NCBI GenBank assembly: GCA_013115125.1
Contig: JABANN010000069.1
Span: 61,283 to 81,282 of the forward strand
Source: Perkinsus olseni
Lineage: Eukaryota
Reading direction: 5' to 3'
DNA length: 20,000 bases
This document shows, in pieces, positions 1 through 9,123 of this stretch. Numbering within the stretch: the first letter of the stretch is position 1; every line of letters starts with the position of its first letter. A program made the translations under genes and the position numbers. The notes below the pieces were generated by a model that was given only the letters and a program-made list of their open reading frames with translations, was not told the DNA's origin and searched no databases.

Positions 1-284
1 CTGCTTCCTAACGTATCCTGCCTTCACGACATCGGACGGGCTCAACACGACACTCCGCGGGTCCACGTGGTCACTACTAGAGGAGAACATGAAAAATTAT
101 GGAATGGAGGTCGTGGTCGGGAGCTGCGGTGTCGCGCGCCACGAAATTAAGCGCACGCCAGTGGGTATTCTGCGCCGGGTTGGTGAGAGTAGGAATGAAG
201 GAGAGAAATCTGGCTCACTTTAACGAGAAGGCGGCGGAAGATGCGGACAAGCTGTGGAGGGAGAAATGTAGTATCTTAGGTTGA
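1..284 (+). CDS. 3' end of a spliced gene, hypothetical protein (exons <1-109, 162-284)
   Basis: Frame 2 is open from the window start (CFLTYPAFTTSDGLNTTLRGSTWSLLEENMKNYGME). A 52-nt GT..AG intron (110-161) joins it in frame to WVFCAGLVRVGMKERNLAHFNEKAAEDADKLWREKCSILG*. No family recognised. Confidence 0.55.
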
Positions 285-397
285 TCATGGCGTATCTCAG
301 AATCGCTTGCATGGGAAAAGATTCCATATGCGTACAATTACTCGGAAAATTCTGGTTGTTAAAATTGGAGTATCTTTTATCTCGTGAAGTACTAGGT

Positions 398-2167
398 TCA
401 ACCTCCATTCCCCATTATCATGAAATGTATCATGCGTTCACGTTGGAGTGATATTATAAAAATGTATGTCTGCGACACAAGGCGATTTCCATACAAACTG
501 CCCAGGCGCATCCTAGGTCGACCACTGCGCAAGACAGAGTCCAAAGATACGTCTCCTAGCGAGCCAGTGTGATCGTATAAAGGATACTTCCTTCTTACCC
601 AGACCTCACTAGGTCCATCCGGCATCTTTCGCGTATCTTTCGAATCTTCTCTGTGCGGAGGTTTCTTCCTAGCCTCGCTCTCTTTCCAAAATAGTTGGGA
701 TATTTTTCTGGAGAATTTTCTTCTGGTCTACTCCAGTCTCAACCCTCGAAAATGGGTAATGTTTTTGATATATAATTGCGTTAAAATCTCCGATACTCCA
801 TTTTTTGAGTAAAAATCAAGCCAGGGCTGCCTCGACGGTGGTTGATCTGTCGGGCGTAGGATTTCTGCGAAAGTTGGTATCAGGCAATTTTTCCGACGAA
901 TTTTTCTCGTTAGGTACGGGGGAAGCTTCGAAAGCAGCGGCGGTGGACTTTCTGAAAACTTCGTTCAAGGTTGGCAGCGTGCGCGCTGACACTGTCAATT
1001 ATAAAGATGCCGACCGGGTAGTATTCCGGTCGTACCAAAATTTCCGTAACTCCTACGGATGGTGGGGTGGCTGACTGCTGAGTGATACCAACTTTTTCTC
1101 AACTCCCGGCGGATATCTTCCAGGTATTTCCCTTGTCGGATATACCGCCTGCAATAGTATCTTTCAAGCAAGCCGTGAAGAGCAGTGTTCGACCTAGGAT
1201 ACTCGACACCTTGCCGAAGCCTTGGGACGTCAGTAAGCCAGCTTCGCTCCGCCTTTTTCTTTCGAATTTCAATCTCATGGCCGTAAATCTACAGCGAATT
1301 TCCAGAAAAACTATTTGCGATGCCCACGAAAATTTTTCCGGAGTTTTTTCTCCTTTGTTCCTGTGCGAATTTCGTGGCGCGTGACGGATTTCTGCTCTAC
1401 TCCGTTCTCTTGATTAGAGCGTATCTTTCGGTACGGAGCCCAAGCGTTCTCCTTCCTCCTACCTCAGGCGTGAAGGCTGATGAGAAACCCGTTCGGAAGG
1501 ACTTGAGGAGGCAGCTGTTGATGGTTCGTGCCGGCCTTATGGATCAACCTCTGGTAGTATCTTTTTCACCTGTCAAGTACTATGATGAAGTTGCTGAAAG
1601 ATATGTCATTCACGAGCGATAATTACAGTTTTTCATTTCAAATCTGCATCGCTCCGCTAGGATATTGGATAACTATTTCAGTGGTATCCAAGGTCGAAGC
1701 ATAAAGATATGTCACCGGCAGAGTTCTCGTCGTCTTTGACTATAAAGGAGCGGGACACGATTCGGCATGTTGGGATGGTGACCGGGAAGGGTCCTGTAGG
1801 AAGCCTGACGAAGAGATGGTTCAATTTGGTGGACGAGAAGGGTAGTAGGGGTGGTAGTGATTTTGAGAAGTATCTTGTTTTTTGTGAAGCTCTTCGCCTC
1901 TTAAAGAGAACTTTCCTTCTTTTTTTCTTTCCATTAATTTATTGATCTCGTGCGTGATGTCGGCCAAAGTATTTACCCGATCGCGTTGCCTGGGGTAGTT
2001 TCCCGTCGGCGGGAGGGTTGAGCTCCTCTCCTGGTGCTGTCATTCAAGCAGCTCTGATTGTCGTCTTTGAAATATTTTCCAGAATCTCCTTTCTTCCTGC
2101 TGTGATTGTCTCGTATTGCATGTTGGACACGCGGCGGAGTGTCATATAACGCAGGAAATATTTTCAA
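398..2167 (-). CDS. possible multi-exon hypothetical gene; structure and strand unresolved
   Basis: There are several protein-like minus-strand open stretches (e.g. IYGHEIEIRKKKAERSWLTDVPRLRQGVEYPRSN.. after a TAG acceptor near 1290; ORFs 816-998 and 398-625; RVNTLADITHEINKLMERKKEGK near 1900-1980). I could not build one consistent splice path, and the + strand ORFs 1320-1622 and 1709-1945 compete with it. Confidence 0.25.
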
Positions 2168-2316
2168 AGGGAATATCAGGAAATAAGTATATTATTACGT
2201 CGTCTGCGTGGCGCAGGTTAACAGATAGCTTGGCATGGTACTCTCACCAGTTTCAAGTTGTGAATGAAATTGAAGACTGTTCACTTGTTCTTGGATTTGG
2301 GAAAGTTGTGGTACGC

Positions 2317-3678
2317 ATGTCCAGTATCGCAGGTGCTAGTCAGCATAGTGTTAACCCAGAGGACGATTTCGTCGGGTCCTGGGACATATCTTCTAGTACT
2401 TGTCATCCTGCTGACGTGAAGGCACGAGTGAGGGCTTTTGTTGAGGCAGAGAAGAGGAGAGTGAGAATGAACGGCGATGTGGACGCTCATGTTAACCGTA
2501 AAATATATAGGAAGTAACGGGGAGGAGACCTTGAAATCTTGCGCTCACTTGCGTTTCCTCAACGATCAGTCCTGAAGAGCATTTCGCGGAGTTCCAAGAG
2601 CTTGTTAGAGAGAAGAAACGGCAGTACGCTGATATCCGAGGGGAGTTCATACGAGAACTCAGGGTCGAAGTAAGATACGCGCCATTTCGCGCGCCACGAA
2701 ATTACCCTCCAGTTTCCCCACGCGTCGTTGATGAGGCTAGAGGCGATGGCTAGGAGGCTGCTGGATGAGAAGCTCCTATCGGATGAGAAGGTGGGGGAGT
2801 TGGTTGGGAGTTGATGTCAAAAGCGCGCGCCCTGGGGACCAGGAGGATGAGTTTTTTTGCTGGCTCTTTATTGGGGAGATTTTTGTGAAAAGCAGGAATT
2901 TTTGGGTGGACGAGAAATTTGTGGAATTTCTCGGGTGGGTGTTTTCTGCATTTCTGTGGTAAATTCATATTTTTCCTCTTTTGTGTTCCAGAGTCGCCGT
3001 TATCCGATTGCCCATGAGAGCTTTCGGCCGAATCTTTCGCTGACCACTCAGGACAGGCGGTAGTAGGGGGGAGGGCGGGTACTGGATCGGCGGAATACCA
3101 GTGTGGATAAGTATCTTGTATACTCCGGGAACGCAGAGGGATCACTGAGCGTGTGCAAGGAAGGCGGTTCGTAAGAGCTTGTCAAAAAATCAGAAAAGAA
3201 AATTCCCGCTGAAAAATGCGAAAAATGTGGATGGAAAACGAAGTGGAGAACAGAACCTCGCAGTCCTGATTACTCGCGGAAGTGGAGGGGGAATTAGGGG
3301 GGGGGAGGGTGAAGCGGAAGGTAGCGTGAAATTTGGTATCGAATTATTGTTGATCGAAGGTGTCGTTCCTACGGTTGTCCGGAGGAATGGGAGAAGTCGG
3401 AGGCAATTTTGGGGCTCCCAGCCTTGCCCTCTCCCGAATGATGGGAGAGTCGTCTTATTTGTTGCGATTGTTGTGGTATAGGTATCGCGAGCACTACCAT
3501 CCGGGGGCGTATGACATGATTGAAGTGGAAGGGAAGAGGGCCTGGTCGTGCTGTCTGAATTACGATTCGGACAGTCGAGGATGCGAGTGAGAGATGAGGA
3601 ATTTCGTGGCGCGTGACGGAATAAGGAGGCAGGTACCGAGTTATCAATCCGGATGCATGGTGCTTGTTGGGATTTTGA
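2317..3678 (+). CDS. hypothetical 197-aa protein with C-terminal Btk-motif/CHORD-like zinc-binding motif; exons 2317-2513, 2570-2669, 2713-2790, 2992-3059, 3482-3586, 3633-3678
   Basis: Six exons join in frame through GT-AG introns (594 nt): MSSIAGASQ...NPEEHFAEFQELVREKKRQY...RRYREHYHPGAYDMIEVEGKRAWSCCLNYDSDSRGCEYRVINPDAWCLLGF*. YHPG-x-WSCC-x-GC matches the Btk-type zinc-finger pattern. The start codon is uncertain because the ORF is open from 2116. Confidence 0.7.
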
Positions 3679-3803
3679 GGAATTGCAAGTGGAGCGAGAT
3701 TGGCAAGAATGTGGCATGTAGAAATTTTGGTGGTGTACGACCGAAGGAGTTGAGTTGGAGTATTATTATTTTTCGGGCGATGGTTTGTTAGCTTCCCTTA
3801 GTG

Positions 3804-6320
3804 ATGTCAGCGACTGCTACCGGTGGAGGAGATGCGGGGGACCTCGCGTACTATCAGGAGCAGTTGTCGCAGGTGAAGAGTCTGCTGGATCAGGACCCGG
3901 AGAATGCTGAGATTAAAGAGGTCAGTGGGTTATGCTTCGTGTTTGGTGTGGAGGAGGTATGGGGTTCTATCCCGGCGTCCTTTTTATCGCTTGCTCCGAG
4001 GTGAGGAGTGAGGTGGGGTGGAAACCAAGCGAAGGATATTCATGCGTGACAGCGTGAGAAGTGGGTGTCTCGGGGTGTCTCACCCTGGACTGAAGCGTGT
4101 TCTACATCGGTGAGGAATGCAGGTTTGGCGATTGGGGTAAATTGGGGTACTAGATCATCATCGAGGTTTGCGGCGGACAGTGTTTCTACGCGAAACCCAA
4201 ACGCAACGACATCCAACGAGCCCCTCCGCTTAGTAGCTGCGGCAACGAATTGGCCCTTAGGGATGGATCATGGTTAAATTGGGGAAGTGTTTCGGGACGG
4301 TTGTTGCTCATGTTGTTGGTCATCATCAGATTTATGAGCAGCTGAAAGATACTGTGAACATCCTTGAGGAGAGTGAAAAACAAAAAGAAAGTAGGCTTGG
4401 TATCATATGTGGGTGCTTCGCTCCGCTCTAGTGAGATTTCGTGAAGTGCCAGCATGTAGAAAGATATCCATCTAATAATAATGTCATCAATTCTGTCTTT
4501 CTCTTATCACTAACCGTCTGCTGTCAGCCGTACTCGCGATGGGCGCCGAGATTGAGAAGGAGCGGTTGGCAGCAGCGGCGGCCTTGGAAGCTGAGAAGAG
4601 CAAGGCGGCGGCCGAGGGCTCGGCTGCGGCCTCCTCGTCCACGGCGCAGGCTGCGGCGAGGAGGAGCCATTTGGTTGGGCGGACTTGTGAAGTCTTCTAT
4701 GAGAACAAATGGTAAGCTGGGGAGAGAGAACGATTATGGAATCTTAGGTTGATCATGGGTTTTCATACTGTCATGGTGTAGCCTGCGTGCTGCGTAATAT
4801 CGTTTTTCCGCCCTAGTTTTCAATTTTGGCAGTTTTTCCACCACATTTTGAAAAAAAAGGTTCCATTTTTTCATTTTTCGCAAGCACTTGGTATATTTTT
4901 TTCCGAAATTCAGCGGATATTCTACGACAATTTTCGGTAATTCTCTTCCTCCCTTACTCAGGTTCAACGCGGAGATCACGGGCGTCCGGATAGACGAGCT
5001 CGGCACTGAACGGTGCGTCGGAGGGGAGGGGGGAATCTTTTCCGAATACCATCATCACGAGACTTCACGAGTGTACTGAGATTCTGAGAATAGCCAGGGT
5101 CGACATAAGATACGCCTGGAGCTGTTACGCCTGACGTTGGTTCTGCTCAGCTTCATAGTGTTGTGGAGAATCTTTGGACTTTGTGATATGCTAGGATGGT
5201 AGCGGATGTATGATTTCCGAAGATGCCATCGAGCCCACGCCTTTGGACCTCGCAGGTGCGCCGTCCGGTTTATCGGTTTCGATCAGCGGAGAGAATACAA
5301 AGTGCAGGACGTAGCCCTGCTGAAGCCACCGCGACCACAGGAAGCTCCGGTGGGGTCGGTTGTGCAGGCAATCTGGGCACAGGATGGGCTGTGGTAGGAT
5401 AATCGATCAACTGGGCGAGCGCTAAATGGATGGGACAGGTATCAATGTACGATTTTGGAGCATACTGTGAAGGGGTATAAAGTGATATTTGAAGAGGATC
5501 CCGGGCAGACTCCTGAGGAGGTTAATATTGATCAGATTCGGTAGGGAGAGGTCGGCGGTTCGAACCTAGGGCTGGGCATTTTGGCTGTCATTTTTAGATT
5601 GATTGCGAGGGAGGCTCAAGCCAAGAAGGCTACCGTTGGGGAGAAAGAGTGAGTTTGGTTTCTATTCGGGAGGTCTCTGGTTCGATCCCCGCGTGGTGCA
5701 TTTTTCGTGTAGGTATATTACTCCTGCTGGGTACCGCATTCCGGAGAAGTACAAGGTGGACCCCAAGGTTGACTCGGAGGCATCGATTGGTGAGATGGAG
5801 AATCTTTGGGAATCTTTTGGAGTATCTTTCGTAACAATTATGCCCGCCTCTCACCTGAAGATATGAAAGATCTTTCACGTGCGTGATTGAGAATCTTGGA
5901 TGTTATTTTTGTCAGAGGCGAAGCGGAGGAAGATTCATCAGTTGAAGACTCAGCAGAGAGAAGAAATGAAAGATAAAGAATCCAAGTGAGTATCTTCTCG
6001 CGCTCGAAAATCTTCGCGGTGCGCACCGAACTTGTTCAAGTAGTGATATTGGTAGTTCGGAAGACGCGCTTTTGGCTACTTTGACATTCGGATTGTATAA
6101 CGCGCGGCGTATCCGAGGTCGACGCGTGACTTACGTGAGTTTTCGATGAAATTTCGTGTTTATTATGAAACGGCTGATCGATTTCGGGCGAGCGAAATCG
6201 CCATCGTGTCTCAGACAGTCGCAAGTGTCGTGGCAGAAGTTTGCGAAGAAGCAAGCGCATCGTGCTCACAAGCATAACTACATCCAAACTTCTAACGTCC
6301 GCAAGCCGATAGGGAAGTGA
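3804..6320 (+). CDS. SMNDC1: survival-of-motor-neuron-related splicing factor 30 (SPF30/SMNDC1)-like, 318 aa; exons 3804-3920, 4330-4390, 4528-4711, 4962-5012, 5256-5393, 5439-5540, 5598-5648, 5713-5789, 5916-5985, 6215-6320
   Basis: Ten exons join in frame (957 nt). It has the N-terminal LAYYQEQLSQVKSLLDQDPENAEIKE helix typical of SPF30, a Tudor domain VGSVVQAIWAQDGLWYQCTI...YKVIF, and C-terminal IPEKYKVDP..EAKRRKIHQLK...SWQKF. Confidence 0.85.
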
Positions 6321-6986
6321 CGATACAGTATCATACGGTATCTTAGGTTGATGCGTGTTGGGTTCAGAATGGGTCGGTAGAATGATTATGTGGTTAAGAT
6401 TGTAAAATATTGAATGGTCTCGTTTATGGAGGAATCTTTTTCTCCGGCGGTGCGATGCTCACCGGTACATTTTCCATTCACGCTCAGCGTCGCGGAGGCA
6501 TGTGAGTGGTTTTCCCTCGGTCTGTTGCCAGGTCTTTTCTTGTTGTTCACGAAAACTCATGACTAAGCGTGTTCTGGTTACGCAAATTATTTATCGTTAT
6601 ATTAATTTACCCTATCTTCGCTCCTTGACGAGCAATGACCGTACGCACGGGATTTCGGAATATTGGGCGAAAAATTGTGGAAAAAAATTGAGGAAAACTG
6701 GTATATCTCGGGGGGGGGGGGTTGGAACACATTCTTGTTTATGATACATAGAGAAACTGTGAAGAAGGTTGAAGAAGACAGGAATGAAAAAACGAGCGAG
6801 CGAAGATAACGGACTTCTCTGTTCGCCGTTTTTATCACTCCATTGATTTCACAGTAGCGGGAAATCTGTGGTTATGTTTTGGAATCTTGATTTTTTTCGC
6901 ATCGTCAGCGGCTCAGTAATTTATTAGAAGTTTCAGAGTTTTTGTTTTTCTTGTCGCCTCGGTTCGGTAGCGATTGTTTTGCGAAG

Positions 6987-9047
6987 ATGCAAAGACACAT
7001 GTGGAGCTTCGAAGGAAGATACGCCCCACCTCCAAGGGTAGGTCGGAAAAGGTCGACCTCGGATGGTATCTTTTTGTTCATGACAGGTGGTGAGCTCTCA
7101 GAGTGTGGGGTTCCACGGTAAGTTGCTGTTCTTGCGCACGGCAAAGAATATCTTTCGGAGTATCTTTATGTCAGGGACGGAGACGGAGGGCACTTCGACC
7201 ACTTCGCAGGGTGACAGAGTTCGAGCTGAAGTTGCTGGGAATAGGAGTAGGTCAAAGATACGGCGAAGAGTATCTTGATCGATTATGCCACAGGCAACTT
7301 CGATGTCGACCTCATGCCGATTGAAGATCTTGCGGCGTCCGCAAGCATCGAGACCTTGCGAAAGTGGAACTCAGTGATCAACCTCGAGCTGTCCGATCGC
7401 GCCGAGGCTCTCGCCAAGGAGCGTCAAGAGACCGAGCAGTGCATCAAGGCCACTCAGGAGATGACCACTGACGGGAAGGATGTGGCGGCGGCGGCGACCA
7501 ATGCTGAGGGCGCAGCTGGGCTGCAGCTGCAGAAATGGGACTTCTCTTTACAGTAGCTAGAGGTGTCAGAAAGATGTGCTGAGAGTAGCGCGCGGTGTGG
7601 TATCTCAGGTATTGTATACTAGGCGCCAGTGGAGTTGGGAAGACGGCTCTGTTCAATAGAATGGTGGAAGATTCCTTTCATAGTGATTACCGCCCTACAA
7701 CCGCGACTAATAGCGGGAAGGTTCTCCTTGATGTAAGAAATATCCTTCGCTGTGCGTGCAGTTGGGATGAGAAGATACCTTGAAACGGTCGGAGTTTGTC
7801 TTCTTAGGGCGGGCGAAATTGTTGATCGGTGATGTGTTAGTGGTTTTACGTGGCTTGGGCGTGCGTTCACCTCGCAGGTTAGCTAACCCGACCTTTCCGA
7901 GATATGCACGCTTGAAAGATTCGCATACTGCTGGAACTTGTGCTTCGTTGCAACCGCTGCCTCCTGGTTGTCGTGTGGTTACACTAACCAAACTTTCTTC
8001 CGGAAAGAAGGTCTCTGTGGTCCGTGAAGAAAAAACTGCAGCATCTTGAATTCTTATTTCCCTCTTGGACTTCCTCAACTCTCCATTCTCTTCATCAGAT
8101 ACAACAATCGCGGCTTCAACTGTGTATCTTCGATACCTACTATTCTCGCTTCGCCTACACCTACGCTAACGTGTCCGCGGTGGTTCTGCTTGTGTATGAT
8201 GTTACAGATCGCAGAGTAAGTGGCAATCGACCGCATCGCTCCGCCCCACCTCTCCAGCGCTGAGCACTACGCACAGATATGCGCAGACGGTTCCTATATT
8301 CTGAAAAATTGCTTAAATCGTACCAACTTTCCTTCACTTCTTCTTTACACGGGGCACTTAAATGCTATTAGTGGTGGACGTGTCGAATGCTGAGTGTCGG
8401 TTTTCAATGTTCTCCTGTGTGAACAGCGATTTGTCGTGAGTGTTTGAGCACATGCTACGCTCGACACTCGGGAGACGTTCATCACCCAAGGGAGTTTTCA
8501 CCATCTTTTATTGACATGTAGATAGCATCCTTCAAGTTTAATCTTTTTATGAACCTTCGTGAAAGACCCGATTTTTTGGGAAATTTCGGCGATTTTTGCT
8601 GCAAAATTGCCGGTTGATATTCGCTCTTTTTCAGTCGTTCGAGAATTTACTGGATTTCATCGATCGCGAGAAGGCCCGGGCGGCCAAACCCGGCGAGTCA
8701 TCGATAACGTGGCAGAAGTCAGCGACGTCTATCGTACTCGTTGCGAACAAATGCGATATGAATCCTGAGATGTGGCAAGTGAGCTCAGAAGAAGGACGGA
8801 AAGTTGGTATGGCCAATAGATTTTTGTATGTTGAAGTAATAATCGATCGCTCGGGCGAGCGTTTTTGTGGTCAGGGTGATCGTGTTTGCAGGTTTCGGCT
8901 AAAACGGGTAGTGGGGTTGAAGATATGTTCATCAATTGCAGCCGACAGGTTATGTTAATAATGCAGATGGGAGGTGGGTGCGTATCGGCGTCGCGAGATT
9001 CTCTGAATTATATTGAAAGAGAATACTGCCGAAGAGGTTGGAATTGA
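6987..9047 (+). CDS. atypical Rab-like small GTPase with N-terminal extension (324 aa if stand-alone); exons 6987-7037, 7087-7117, 7175-7210, 7294-7552, 7609-7732, 8099-8215, 8635-8835, 8892-9047 (or 8892-8973 if fused to the malic enzyme)
   Basis: G1 GASGVGKT, G2 YRPTT, LLVYDVTDRRSFENL, G4 VLVANKCD and G5 EVSAKTG join in frame across GT-AG introns. G3 reads DTYYSRF instead of DTAGQERF. The first three small exons are less certain than the GTPase exons. Confidence 0.8.
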
Positions 9048-9088
9048 TAACGCGATTTTTTGGCTCGATTGAAGCGTCAACCAGCTCT

Positions 9089-9106
9089 TTCTTTCGCCGT
9101 TTCCAG
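9089..9106 (+). promoter_or_regulatory. polypyrimidine tract plus AG splice acceptor 17 nt upstream of the malic enzyme ATG (cis acceptor for a fusion, or spliced-leader trans-splice acceptor)
   Basis: ttctttcgccgtttccag|GT CAA TTC TTG AGT AAC ATG. A similar acceptor (cttcccttag, AG at 3800-3801) lies just before the SPF30 ATG. Confidence 0.55.
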
Positions 9107-9123
9107 GTCAATTCTTGAGTAAC

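Noticed and set aside
3179-3717. ORFs 3179-3481 (+) and 3190-3717 (-)
   Set aside because: They fall in the intron of, or antisense to, the 2317-3678 gene, with low-complexity composition from G-rich intron sequence.
6710-6721. G12 homopolymer
   Set aside because: An isolated simple repeat in apparently non-coding sequence with no supporting structure.
6971-7250. Alternative Rab N-terminal path (RLFCEDAK...VTEFELKLLGIGV) and a possible upstream exon ending at the gtgagt donor at 6502
   Set aside because: It splices in frame but I could not find an in-frame ATG; the ATG-6987 model is simpler. Not excluded without cDNA.
8978-9122. Alternative Rab donor GG|gtgcgt at 8978 joined to the 9106 acceptor, ending SILE*
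   Set aside because: It would put the stop 1 nt before the malic enzyme ATG, leaving no room for separate UTRs; less plausible but testable with junction reads.
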